64,000 bases of DNA from Convolutriloba macropyga (lineage: Eukaryota): NCBI RefSeq assembly GCF_964194025.1, contig NC_134477.1, positions 44,826,001 through 44,890,000 of the forward strand, read 5' to 3'. The notes below the pieces were generated by a model. That model was not told the origin of the DNA, searched no databases, and was given only the letters and a program-made list of their open reading frames with translations. Both the position numbers and the translations under genes were made by a program. Numbering within the stretch: position 1 is the stretch's first letter; the number at the start of each line of letters is the position of its first letter. Positions 1 through 13,820 of the stretch are shown in pieces.

Positions 1-199
1 TTGAAGTTACAACCACCTCAAAAATAAAAAAAAAATTCAAAATTATGTAAGAATTCTCACTTTTATTTTAAAATATATATAAAAACTACAAGTCATTCTC
101 AGACCTTTTTATCTCCAACTTTGAGATACAACAGATTTTAAATTGTTTCCTGAATTACAGCAAACATTTGATAGAGTAAAAAAGAACATACGGATAGAA

Positions 200-600
200 A
201 ACTCCTCCTTGCAACGCCAAACTCAGAAAAACCCTTTTATATCCTCTGCGAAGCCTCCAACTACGTCGTTGGAGCTGCACTCCTACAAAAAAATCAATTT
301 GTTAAAATCGAATTAGTATTAGCAAACTCTCGTCTATTTTCAACCACAGAACTTAGACTTTCCACCATTCTTCGCGAATGTTCAGCTATCATCTATGCAC
401 TCTCAGAATACGAGTTCCCTTTCCAAGGATCTAAATACCCAAATGTGTTATACACTGATCATAAACCAATTTTTTTTATTCACACAAAAGAAAAAGTCAA
501 ATCTATAAATTTGGTTTATTCTTTTGTGTGAATAAATTTCACTTAATTCTAATGAAATTTCCGAACTTACACATAGTTTGGACAGAAGGGAAAAACCTTT
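200..600 (+). pseudogene. pol: Ty3/Gypsy RNase H domain (frameshifted)
   Basis: Manual translation: ILCEASNYVVGAALLQ...ANSRLFSTTELRLSTILRECSAIIYALSEYEF...VLYTDHKPI, matching the DAS..G / E..A / TDH RNase H motifs (D to E change). Confidence 0.85.
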
Positions 601-1228
601 CACTTCCAGAATTACCCTGCCGCTCACTAACGACTACAACACAAGACGAACACCGTCTTCGTACAGTTAAAATACCCGATGAGATTAAATTCTTTATCAC
701 ACAGTATCAAAATACAAAACCTATACAGTGTCAATACGCTGTATCAGAAGAATACATTAATTCAATATCTACAGACACTCATGTAGAATCACCACATGTA
801 GAATCTCCACACTCTCTAACCTATCTACAGATGAAGGACAATTATTTCAAAGTACAACTAGAAAATGATCTTTACCTTCCAGTTTCATATTACGAATTTC
901 AGACCAAAGCACAATCTTTAGATAATATACAACAACAAAAAATACAACAATTTGTAGAAATCTACTCACTCCCAGAAATTTAATCTATCATAAAACACAC
1001 GGATGTTACACTGAACACAAATAAAACAGAACCCTTCACACAATTTAATCACGGCAAAAATTATGCCGAATTAATCAATATTAGAAAATTTTCACTTCCA
1101 CCAATGGTTGACTTCATCCCAAAATCTCCAATTCTCTATAAATACTTCTACGAAGAACAAACAGAAATAAATGATATGCTTCTCTGTGAAACGCAACAAC
1201 AAGACCCAGTTCTCAGACAATTTCTATT

Positions 1229-2787
1229 TTGGAAACGCTACAAAAATTTTCCCCCACCCCTTCACTAACTATACGAGCGAATAAAGGATTACTAAACTAT
1301 TATAGACGTTTCCAAAATTTAAGCATTAACGAAAGCAATAATCTCTTTTATTACATACAAGAAACAACGTCACCCAAAATTTGTCTAACACTCTCTCTTC
1401 TCCTAGTCATGTTTAACAAAGCTCACTCTCATGATCTTTCGGGACACCCTGGTCGTGAAAAAACACACGCAGCAATCACAGAAAATTACTATTTCCCGAA
1501 CATTAACACTTGGATGGCAATACTTATACAATATTGCTTGAATTGCCAAACTAGCAGATCCATGCCAAACCTCATAATGGCACCACAACAGCCATTTTTA
1601 GAAGTTTCACCATACTTCAATCATCGTATTTCAATGGATACAAAAGGTCCAATCTCATCGTCTTCTGACGGGAACTCTTACGTCTATGTTATTGTAGACG
1701 CATTTAAACACTATGTTGTACTCCACCCTTCTCCCAAAAATGATGCCACTCAAGCACTCACAGTATTGTTTGACCATTGGATTGTCAAATTCGGAAAACC
1801 AGATACTTTGGTAACAGATAATGGAAATGAATACATTGACGGAGAATTTACACATTTCTGTCGTATATATAACGTACAATTCAAACCACGTACGCCATAT
1901 GCAAGGTCTAATGGACTCGTTGAAAACAGTAACCGCCAATTGAACACATTTCTACGCACAGTCTTAGACTCACAATATGACACTTGGTCACAGAAAGTAA
2001 AAGCATTTCCGTTTGCATTCAATTCACAAATTAGGACCAATATGAAGCTTTCACCATATGAATTTGTATTTGGTCAAAAACCAAAGAAACCTATAATAAT
2101 CAATCTATCTTCCACTACAGATAGCTTAGCGAACTGTAAACCCACAGAAAATTCATCTTGTAGTTCTTTACCTAACCATACACACACTGACCACTTAGGT
2201 CATCACCCTCAAATTAAAAAGTTACAGAAAGGAACCTTAGCACATTGGTTTCTCAATCGTGAATAGATACACTCGGAAGTTTATAATGAAGTACACAATT
2301 AATTAAACCAAAACAAACTCTTACGCACATTCATAAATCGCCGTTTCGGAACGGCGCAGCCACTTAATATAATTCTTATGTTTTAGTTGTAAATAAAGCC
2401 ACACAAATCGGAGTATCGAAAAAGATCCAACCACAGAAGATCGGACCTTACAAAATAATTGATACTCCTTCATTAGTTACTTATAAACTAGAAGATTTTT
2501 CTGGTAAACAAATCACCCGTCATAGAAGTAATATAGTACCATATTATCCCAAAGAACTTTTCGTTCAAGAACAAATGGAAAAATATTTCTCGGATAATTT
2601 ACTATTAAAACTCCATCCTAAAAGACCACCGCTTACCAAGTCGAAGTCTGTCTCGTTCAGTCTAGACAATCTAAAGGTACCATCCACAGATAACCTTCCC
2701 CCTCAGTTACCTTGTAACCCGTCCCAAATTCCCGAACTACGGAAAACTACACTAGAAGAGATAATCGTCTTCGACGACAACCAATAA
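1229..2787 (+). pseudogene. pol: Ty3/Gypsy integrase
   Basis: HHCC (AHSHDLSGHPG...CLNC), catalytic SMDTKG / TDNG / SNGLVE, and KIGPYKII (GPY/F motif) near 2440. Stops and frameshifts after 2266. Confidence 0.92.
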
Positions 2788-5535
2788 AAGACTACAGAGT
2801 CTTTATACCACAATCAAAAATTTCGGCTTCACGAGCAACGAACATTTAAAACATTCACACTTCACTATTAAATACACACCACATCACTCCTCTAGCTTTA
2901 AATAGCCGAACACAATTTAGCATAACGCGCTAAATAGCTAGTAAATATAATTTCAATAAAAATACAATTCCCTCGTTCCTTATACGAGAGGGATAATTCG
3001 GATAGTTCTTTCACCGCTCTCACCCGTAATACAATTACTCTCACTGGGAAAATTAATTAAACCCCTTAGCACAGTAAACAAAGCAAACGGACTATCTCTT
3101 CACCTGTTACCCAGCAGAACCACAAAAACCCCTCCATCAGGAAATGAAAAGAAGAGAATTACAAACCATTCCCCACGATAATAATAAAAAAGAAATTAAC
3201 TAAAATTTAAGTTAATAACCGACCCACAGGTCGGTCTGGGAACAATTCCCAAATCTCATTTTTATTGCCAACATATGACTCGGTAAATTTTGTACCCGAA
3301 CAAAAAGTCGTAATCAGGAAAAATCATATCTTCTAAAATCACTTCTCAGTCCACCGCTCTCAAAACTTAGTTGCTTCTCTTTTCTCTCTTCTTCTTTAAT
3401 GAAATTCACTCAAATATTCTAACTTCATTCTTTAAAAATTCTCTTCTCCACTCTTCTATTTCTAAACTTAGAAAACTCTCTCCCTTTCTATAAGTTTTAA
3501 AATCAATTTTCAATCTCTCCTTAACTATATGAACTGTCTCACAGTACAGTTCTTTGACTTCGTTGACATAAACGCAACAGCTCACAGAAGCTCAAAATTG
3601 TTCTGCTCACGGAAGCAACCGCAACACTCCAACTGCAAACTTTCAGTATCACAGCCTTGAAAATTCAACTCGATCTCCACGGATCAATTGACAACAATAT
3701 CCACCCACTATAGATTCAACTATTCCCTTTCAATCTCACAGTACTAAAAGCATCATTCTCGACGAATTTCACCAGGAATGCAAAAAACTTCTCAACATAG
3801 ACTCGAAGTATTGTTTAAACAAACACCTTACGTGGATTCATTTATATATATCCAAAATTTTAAAACCAAACAAGTCCGCTTTCAAGATATCTTTTACAAC
3901 CTTGTCCACATTTTATATTCACACACATGTTTTGAATGGGTTTTCTATATTAGAGACTTCAATAACGAACACATTGCTCTTTTCTATTTCCCAGGAACTC
4001 CTCAGATTGGATGAGCAATACCAACAACTTGACAAACAAATGAAAATATATATCCACACATTACCTTTTCATTTGAACGAAAAGACTATACAATTGCTGA
4101 ATTGTTGACAACTTTTTCTGCTGATTTTTTAGATCTCATCTATCTACATAATGTCACCCCACCAGAATCACCCTGCGCAGCAATCGGAGTAAGTGTACCT
4201 ACTTTAAATCTCTTAATAATTGTTATCCCCAACTCTACTGACTATAAAATTTATTAATGCGATAATTGCCCCACTCTGGGCCAAAGATTATTGTCACAAT
4301 TTCGTCCTCTAGTTAACTATTCAACACTAACTCAAGTGCTCCCCCCGTCCCAGAATCACCTAGTTGCTCAAACAGCGGAGCAACTAAACAATCTTTACCA
4401 AAAAAGTAATCATTTAAACTCTTTACTAAACCACCACATACACAGGAAACTGGGGAACACCCAAACTCAGGCATTACTACTGCCAAATCTGCAGATAGAC
4501 CTTGTACTACTGGACACTCTCCCCCACTTTACCCCACAATCGGTAAACCCATATCTCCCATCAAAATAAAACGCAAATACACCAAACGCAAACACAACAG
4601 CAACAACAAAAAACCACACAAACTTTATTGCCATACTCTGGTTGTCTCCCAACTACAACACTTCCTCCACCTACACTTATACCAGCTCCTCCACAATCAT
4701 CACAACCTGAAATACTTAATTACTCAAACACTCCACAATTCTTCACTCAATCAGTCAATTTTGCAAACAACGACAAGACTCATAGTTCAGAATTGGCGCA
4801 GCCAATTCACACTGTTTCAAATATTAATGAAACCACACATGGTATTAGCCTACTTTCTGACACTTCAATTTCTGATCCAATTGGTTCTGAATTTCTTTCA
4901 CCTACTCCATCATAAATTGCGAATAATCCTTTTAATCCACCACAAGGACCGATAACAAATATTGAACGCTTATTATCACAAGCACACTGTTATCCCTCTT
5001 TTAATATAGTCATTTCATCACCTTCGTTCCAAAGTTAATTACCGCTCAGCTTTCCGGGCACACAGCCGATTATCACTCTAAGCTCAAACTCACCTACACC
5101 AGATCCAGATCAACATTCTCTCCACTGTATTGGGAAACAACCCAATACGACACGAACTTACCCAACTCTGCCACTAAAACTAAACCCTAAGTTTATTGTT
5201 CCCCCACCCGCCCTCTTTGGAGACCATAAGAACGGTAAAAAATTACATAATTGGGCAAAACAAAGAATATCTAAGCCATAAAAGATAAAACCCGTACTAA
5301 AACAAAGAGCTAACGAATTATTAAAACACTCAAAGATCACTTTCTCTGTTGAAATTGTTGTCGAACAAGACAAACATTTTTTTCACCCACAAGCTGCAGC
5401 AGCACCAATCTTTAGAGTCAAAACTAATTCATCACCCTTTATTCGTCAAGAAATACAATACAAATTCGACAGATACACGAAAAACACCGCATGATATTTT
5501 GTCTTCTATAAACCAAACTGTGGACTTTCTTACAC

Positions 5536-8100
5536 ATGTCCACTACAACTTTAATTTTCATATTACTTGATTTATTCTTCTCATGTCCACTCACAAAAAC
5601 AACCATTTAAAATTGACCAACATAATATTTCCACACCCAAAACAGGCATACAGGATCTTGTTGTCACACATTATGATTGTTCCCCAAAGCATATCACAAA
5701 TATGCAGTTTTATAAGCTCAATAAAATTGACGAATTTAAGATCAAGCCGGCCGATTTTCAAATCATCCCCGCCCAAGTACAAATCTTTTCACAAATTCGA
5801 ACACTACAAGTACGCGCTTACGCCATACACGCTAAACTTAGCGACAAGGAAAGTTTTTGTCACAAAATCTCACAAAAAAAGGCTTTAGGTTTGATCACGA
5901 TAATTGGTATGTTAACAAAATGGAAAGACTTTTCTTTCCCACAAAAATTGAAGCTCGTAGTGAACTCGCACGCGTTGGTCTCATAAGTAAACAACACTAC
6001 CACTCTCAAATGATACAATTCGATGTACTAGACGACCCCCGCTGGCAAGCTAATATAGAAGCAAAACAAGGCCGTTTTTACTTGACCGTTATGGACCCTT
6101 CGCCCTGCAACACGGAAGCATGGTCTATAAACCACGCGATCATAATTGGATTCCTAACGCCACAGATATTTCCTGGCCTAACTGTCCCGGTAAAAACCCA
6201 GAACACGAATATCAAGTCGTCCATACACTAGGATGATCACTCCAATTAACTAACATCACCCTCACCTTTGATGTTGCCTCAGAACACCTGTAATATGGAA
6301 AAATTCGCATTAAGTGCGATTTAGAACGAGGCTACTGTCCTCCAAATCACACTAATAAAGCCAAAGTCATTTCGGAACCCGAAAACCACTGCCGTATTCT
6401 TGATGTTGGAAGATCACACGCACATAGTATTGAATTTCAAAAACAATACTTCATTTAAACACTTGAAAACAATGAAACTAATTCCAGCCACAAACACATG
6501 CCACACATTTATTCTATTCGTTTTCAGAAGCACCTTTATGATGAATCTGCACTTTCACGTATTCAGGTACTCACAAAACCTCTATAAATGTAACGAAGAT
6601 CGCCCATATTATGCCACTCAATATCAAGAAATTTTATACAATACCGAGAAGGTTTTAACTTTGTCTCGGGAAAACCGTCACCCGACTTTGATGACATACA
6701 CATAAAAGTTCCTGAAGGACCACCCTCTTTAATACCCTATACGAAAGCAAATATCCGTGATGGATATGTCATTCCACAAGAATCACAATTATACCACAAA
6801 TCAGAAAATCATGAGTTATTCAGAAAACAAAATTGGTTTGGTGCAGTTCACCCTAATGTTCAGATCGATGCAAAACTTGATAACGCGATTAGTCGAGTCT
6901 TGCTTGAGATGGTTCAAACAAGCTTAAATATTTATAAAAAACTATGTGACTTAGATCGCGATCTGAAACAAACCGCTTTTATTCTACTAAATATAATTAC
7001 CTCTCGTTGTTTATTTTATGACAGGACAGCGACACACATTCGCTACACTTAAAAGTCAAAAGGCAATTTCACTTTACAATGCAAATTTGTTTCATCACCC
7101 CTTTATGTCTTAGAAAATCAATGCTTTGAACGTATTCCTATGTACTACCAGAAAAAATTACAATTTTTCGACCAAGTCACTCAAATGACCTATCCTGGGT
7201 CTATTATAGCACCATGTAAATCCGACAATTTTGATCATCAAATCTCACTCAACGCAGACGGTGATGACACATATGGCTTAACACCCTACCCAAATAAGGC
7301 GCGAAACCCCGTTAAAACTTTCACGCATGACGAAGTTGAACACCGCTTCACCCACGCAGATTTTAACGCGCAAAAACGTGGAATATACAGTCAACACGAT
7401 TGGACTAAGAGTCAATAGATAAAATGAAATTTAACCAATTAGTCGATGATGCAGCCGAAATATTTGAAGTAGCGCAAGCAGTAAATTTTGCAGATCTTTT
7501 TTGCACAATTTTGCACAAGTACAAGCACAATTCGCACAATTATGCACTGAATATAACGATTAATTTAACAAACTCTTTATTAACGGCAAAGAATTCACCC
7601 TCCGCCGCCTTGATTGGCGTGACTTAATCAATGGCAACTACTTAAAAGATTCCCTCATAGGAATCTTTGGATACCCTCGGTACGTTTTAAGAGAAATAGC
7701 CATAATATGGACTATTTTTAATTTTTTACAGAGCATTTTTGGCCTATTTGGTAGTGCATTTAACACATGTAATTTAAAATAGCTTTTTGGGCCAATTATC
7801 ACATTGACTAAAATTATAAACTCCTAAGATTTTTTGGAGAATCTTCACAAACAATATTCCACGTACTACAATCCGATTCCAAAGAATATAAACCACCATC
7901 ACCTATAAAACGTCGTAGACATTAATTTGACAGTTGCACTCCACACTCTCAAAATGAATTGAATCTATTACACAAAAAGTTTGAAAACTTCTATAAGAAA
8001 ATCTCTTCTCCTGTAGACAATAACTCAAATAAACGACAGACTTCCACTTTACCAGCTTCTATTTATCAACGCTATGAAACACCATATGACTCTCGCACGA
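5536..8100 (+). pseudogene. env: Envelope glycoprotein, chuvirus/herpes gB-like (class III fusion protein), fragmented
   Basis: Signal-peptide-like MSTTTLIFILL at 5536; VTHYDCS; KCDLERGYCPP (~6315); LCDLDR (~6945); CKFVSSPLYVLENQCFERIPMYYQKKLQFFDQVTQMTYPGSIIAPC (~7080-7215); hydrophobic TM-like segment at ~7680-7765. The Cys spacing resembles chuviral glycoproteins. Confidence 0.7.
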
Positions 8101-9693
8101 AACCAGATTTTCAATCCTTACACTTACAAACTTTTCAACCCAATAAGCGTAAACGCTCAGGTGGATTTTCTCTTCCACGAGACTCTATTGAAAAGATCCT
8201 GACTATCAGGAAATCCAAGAAGAACTCCTTTTCAACCTTCCAAGCACTCGCCTTTAACACCCTTTTTGTTTTAGTAACTCCACTGCAGTTCCCACACACC
8301 AGGAGGGAGAATCACCTATCCCTCCAAATGTCGACCCTACGGCATACGACCTCTTCATGCTGGAGGTTGACGACATTCTGCCCTCACCGCTCACTCCACT
8401 GGTACTGGCACCTACAGTACCCGTACCAGTTTGCGAAATGCAAAAATCGGCCCTCTTCACGATGGCCCAATCTTCTCCTTAGCCACAGTCTGCGGACACC
8501 GCAATTTATGCGCGGGTGAACCCACTGCCTTCACCCGCCACCTCTTCCTCGATCTCAGGTGAACTTCACCTATACATTGACAGAGACACGAGTTCGCCCT
8601 CGATTGCGACTGGACAGGCCAGCTCGTCATAAGAGCTGGGACTTGTACAAACCTCACAGCCACCCTCACTCAACTCCAATGTACACACGGTGTCAGTATC
8701 ACATCCACCACCTCAACAAACGAGTATTCCTTCTTGGGCCGATGAAGTGGAACAATCTGGCCATTCCACACCAGAAACAGTCGTCCCTAATTGGGCCTAC
8801 TTTGGTAGGATTCGTGGATTACGACCACGATCACAGCCAATGGTTTAACCACCGCCAGTAATGCCCACACCGCACACACCACGCCCACCAGCACCCCCAC
8901 TGCGGTACGGCCCGACTATACCAACTCTCAGGCCGCAACAGCCTTTCCCTCAGCCACCCACTTATGATCGACACACGTTGACAGACAACTACCCATGTAC
9001 TGACCCCTCACCTAGGAGGCGTCCACGAGCCGCAACACACGAAATCTACCCAGTTCGTTCCTCACCAATAGAGGCTTAAAGTCACCTGCTCGTCACACAG
9101 CGAGCCCTTCACGAGGCCCACAGCCCTCATCTTTTAGCGGGGGAGCAAACCCCTTTGCGCCAACACACGGAATCCCCCACCGGTCACAGGGACCCAATTT
9201 TTGTTTGCATGAATTCACAAACCCTCTCGGCATCAGAACCTTACAAGGTATACATGTGCCAGAGAGGATCAACTACACTTCCACCCTGCCTCAAAATACA
9301 TTGAAGCCCACAGGCAGCTCCTGTTCTCTTGGACAGTTGGAGAACGAGTATGCTTAAGATGGACGGGATAAAGACCTGCGAATCGAATTTCTCCACTTCA
9401 CTCTAAACGCTCGTTTCACGGAACGATTTTGGCATCTGTCCAAGTACTCCTTTGCACCTGCAGATCGCCCAAACAATTACTTCAATACCTTCTTCACTTG
9501 CGACACTGCACCATACAAAATCTATCAGAAGTACGACTCTTTGTACTTGCGATTTGGTTTCTTGCATCCCACACAGATGGATGTAAACAACACCACCCAC
9601 AAAGTAAATAGAGTGAAGATGCTTCACACGATGCGCAACTACTTATTTGTGCAATATCACTTTCAACACACTAAACTGACATCACACCACTAA

Positions 9694-10071
9694 ATGAACT
9701 ATAGTTATATAATTCAACCCAACTATTGTGAAGGCACCCTACGTAATTTTGACCCATTCAAAGATTTTTTCATTTTCTCTCCACTCTTTGCAAAAACTAA
9801 CCTCTCCATCCTCGTCCCGTTAGAATACCTACAATGTGTAGAGGGAGGCACCACAAAATGCATTCATGGTCACACCTTCAAGCTCCTCTACAGGGTCTGG
9901 ATGGTGCACAAGTTGGATAATCGGCAGAAATCACAAGAGGAAACACAAATATTCATTCACCTCCTCGCGTTGCAACCACACTGTAACGCTGATCTGTATC
10001 CTCGTGCCATCGCTGCTTGTCTGGCGCGTGATACGGAATTCCTTGCCTTCTTCCGTGACCCAGACAATTGA
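9694..10071 (+). CDS. Accessory ORF of unknown function downstream of env (125 aa)
   Basis: ATG-initiated open frame with globular composition, on the element strand and within the biased-composition region. Confidence 0.35.
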   Translation: MNYSYIIQPNYCEGTLRNFDPFKDFFIFSPLFAKTNLSILVPLEYLQCVEGGTTKCIHGHTFKLLYRVWMVHKLDNRQKSQEETQIFIHLLALQPHCNADLYPRAIAACLARDTEFLAFFRDPDN

Positions 10072-11872
10072 GCTCCGGACTTCGAGTTCGAATATAGGAC
10101 GTAGGCCACAGTTCTACAGCACACCCTGGGCTCACAGTCCCACAGAAACTCAGAGACTCACTGCTCTCAATACTCACCTGAAAATCTTTTTTCTTCCTCT
10201 TCTTTCTACTTTCACTTTCTTCTTTCTAAAATTATAAATTGACCGTATTCTTCTCTTTTTCCACAAGACTGAAGATTAGGATCAGTTCTTTTCTTCTTCC
10301 TGCCGGTCGGGACTTACTAAAGAAGGCACTAAATTCGACATTAAAATTTAAAAGGGAAATTAGCTCACACAGTAGCTAAGCGATGGATTTCCACCAGAAG
10401 GTATGCTGGTAAATCCGACTGGTTCAAACCTTGTACCAAGTGGAGATAAACCGAAATCTCCTCGTACAAACCAGACAGAGATTACGGACTACAAGCGATC
10501 CTCCAACTGGGAACAAATCCTCACTACATTGAGGGCAGTGGGGCATACTCTAATAGGACAGACGTCACTGGACAGCACGCCTTGTAACTGGCATCCTTTT
10601 TGGTTCTACAATCAAGACGAACCTCTTCACTGGCGACACTAGTCACTACTTCACTGACAGGGATTCCAGACGTCGACACAAGTCACAACCCACTTCAGAG
10701 AGGGCACAACTCATCACTCACTTCACTCTACCCCTCAACGATGATGACACATTCAACGTATTTCTGCTACACTTCACAAATACGGATTTGAAACTCTCAA
10801 CCCCGGATGGATGTAGCATTGGAAATACTGAATGTATACCTCCAACCAATCAAAGACTGAGAAGACACTATTCTTTTTTATATAGAGAGAAATGAACTAA
10901 CTGTAGTCAGTCTATTAATTGGATACACCACTAACAGAATCAACTTACAGATGAGATCAACTAAAAAATATTTTGTCCCAACACAATCCCAACTTTTTCC
11001 CAACACAATGGAAACACAATCAACATTTGTCAGTTCAGTTAATTTCTCAGTTTCTAGCAAAAATTACCTATGAGTTCTTTTGATACCCCAAGTAGCTGCT
11101 CCACGGCTTAAAATTTAGGAAACAATTCAAACACTTTTTCACGGATCTTCCCAGAGCAGTGCTTTGAAATTATGCGCTTAAACATTATGAGGTGTGAGGG
11201 AAAGGGGTTCTTATTATGAGGTGTGAGGGAAAACAACACAAGTGTTTTGACCTCTATGGGCGTTGGAATAGATTTGCTAAACTATGAACACACGAATTCA
11301 ACCTACGGAAGTGAGTATCAGTTATTTGTTTTCATAATTTTCTGAAACATCTTTTGACGTTTAAAGTATATTCTGCTCGGACGAACAAAAAAATCAATGA
11401 ACTCAAGCCTAACAAAATTTGCATTAAAATGATAAACTAATGCTATCACTAACTATTCTTAACCAATAAATATGGTATTTTTCATATATAGATGGCAAAT
11501 AGTTGCTAATTTAATTCAAATTTCTAGCTAATTTTTAAATACTCGTGTTTTAAATTTCTGCCCACTAAAGAAAAAGTGTGTTGCATGAACAGTAGTTATT
11601 TAATTTGAATTTGGAAAGCATACTATCATTTCGATTTGATTTCATTAAACTTCAAATTTGGCTGATTTTCATTTATTCATTCTATGTCAATGAATTATTC
11701 AGCTGCTCAGAGACAAAAATGGAATTCGCGTTGATTGTCTTAATTTTGCTTCATTTGCCGTATTGAGAACGAACTTTTTTTCATGGATGCCATATAAGTA
11801 GGAATAACAATTCTTCATTTATTTACCCGATGAAATATAATCGAAAGTCACTGAATACATTGGTTTCGCTGA

Positions 11873-12913
11873 CCCGGACATAACGCCAAGTCAATTTCAG
11901 TACTGTGCAAGTCTAAATCCAAGTCTCATTTCATTACTGATTCAGAACTATGATCATGTCACTTTTTACACTTGGCAGTCTAAATCCAAGTCTGGGCTGA
12001 GACTTGGCAAGTCTAATCCAAGTCTGATTTAAGACCTGGCAAATCTAAATCCAAGTCTGATTTAAGATTTGGCAATTCTAATTTCAAGTCTGACTTAACA
12101 CTCGGCAATTCTAAATCCAAGTCTGATTTAAGACTTGGCAATTCTAAATCCAAGTCTCGGCTAGCAGAAAAAAAACGTCAAAAATAGCCGGGGAAACGTC
12201 AAAATTAGCCGAAAAAAACGTACATGTAAAAAAAGCACACTATTACCAACAGAGGGAAGCATCGGCTCCTGATTAAGCTGATATGGTGGTACAGCCAAGT
12301 TTGTATGGCCATTACTTTGACTGTTTTGGCTGGAACGGTCTTCCTCTGGGTCAACTTGTCCTCTCAAATTTGTAACATTTTTCAATGCTGTATCATAATT
12401 GGAACAAGAGGGCCTCGGATTAACATGGGCATCCTCACGGTGGTTCCTGTTTAAAGGATTTTGCCCCGAGATATGTTGTTCAACATTTGCCAAATCTGAA
12501 AAATTTGGCATTGAAAAATCGGAAAATTCGGCTCGAAACAGCTGAAAAAATGGCTGAAAACGGCCCAGAACACCTGAAATACCCTCAAAAGACCCTCCCG
12601 GATTGCTACTGACACCCAATGATAAATTTGGTATGCCCTCGGCATAATATGCCAGCACCCCGGGAAAGTGCCCAAAAAGTATTGCTAAAATCGTGGCATG
12701 TTGCGATTTTTTTTTGAATTTGAAATTTTCACTCGAAATTTTTTGAAAAGTTGGTTTTGACTTGGGAATCAACCTCCAAGTGTTATCCAAGTCTTGGTTA
12801 AGACTTCCCCGACTTGTAAAACTTGTACTTAGACTTGCCCAGTACTGGAAAACTAAATAAGACTTGGATTTAGACTTGCCTAGTACTGATGAAGACTTGG
12901 AGTTCGGTCCGGG
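11873..12913. mobile_element. Non-autonomous CMC/EnSpm-type DNA transposon (MITE-like)
   Basis: CCCGGAC...GTCCGGG termini with a ~60-bp imperfect TIR, GA on both flanks (2-bp TSD), and subterminal arrays of AAGTCTAAATCCAAGTCT and its reverse complement. Confidence 0.85.
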
Positions 12914-13164
12914 GACATTTCAGGAAGACGCATTTAAAGTGACTGACACAGAATCTTGAGAATTTTGTAATGTTTGGCTAAATTTGCTTACAAAACTTTT
13001 CTTGATTAAACTTCAAAATTTTGAGTTAGCTCAATCGTATAAACAGTTGATAGATGCGTTTAAAGTCTAGACTGAGCTCCTTGACCGAACGTCGCTATAA
13101 CCAGATCAAAATGAACGCGCAAGGGGACGTCGTGTATTACACTTCACAGGTTAGGTAAGAGGAA

Positions 13165-13820
13165 TGAACTCACGAAAGTCTGGACATTGGCAATTTTGAA
13201 CGCACGAAAGTCTGGAAATCGGCAAATTTGAATACGCGAAGTCTAAACAATGACAATTTTAAACGTCAATGTCAGCAAAAGGAAATCTCTACAACTTTAA
13301 ACGTAAACCGAAATCTGGACGGGACAAAGTGATCTGTGAACGTACAAAAATCTAAACACAGTGATCGTCGAGCAAGTCTAGAGTTGAAACACGCTCTGCT
13401 ATCTCTACTTGAAATGGATACATTAATTATAAAAATGGTGTCTAAAACCTGTGACATGAGCGCACGAAAGTCTCGGTATACAAACATTTGAACGCACAAA
13501 GAACGTACAAAAAATTTGAACACACGAAAGTCTGAACATAGGTGCTTTTGAACACGGGAAAAATGTTGAACGCACGAAGGTCCACTGAGCTCACAAAAGT
13601 CTGGACATACTCACTGTTAACTTTTAAACGCACGTAGAATGCACAAAAATTTTGAGCACTCATACGTGTTTTTGAACGTACGGAAAATGAACGAAATTTT
13701 TTGAACGCAAGTATGTCTGGTAAACGCACGCAATTTTGGAGCAGAACGCACAAAAGTCTTTACATACTCGCTTTTGAACGCACGAAGAGCGCACGGAAAG
13801 ATTTGAATACTGTACGAACG
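13165..13820. repeat. Degenerate tandem array of a TGAACGCACGAAAGTCT-like motif, probably subterminal repeats of an old DNA element
   Basis: Many diverged same-orientation copies of tgaacgcacgaaag. No convincing termini found. Confidence 0.6.

Larger units (their letters stand above)
1..11050 (+). mobile_element. Decayed Ty3/Gypsy LTR retroelement with env (5' part outside the window; right boundary uncertain)
   Basis: RNase H precedes integrase, integrase has a GPY motif, and a glycoprotein-like ORF plus further ORFs follow on the same strand. A/C-rich, G-poor strand bias is continuous to about 11 kb. Confidence 0.85.

Noticed and set aside
10902-11240. Possible 3' LTR of the Gypsy element (TGTAG after a purine-rich run; 20-bp direct repeat at 11184/11213)
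   Set aside because: No partner LTR in the window and only a weak PPT, so the boundary cannot be supported.
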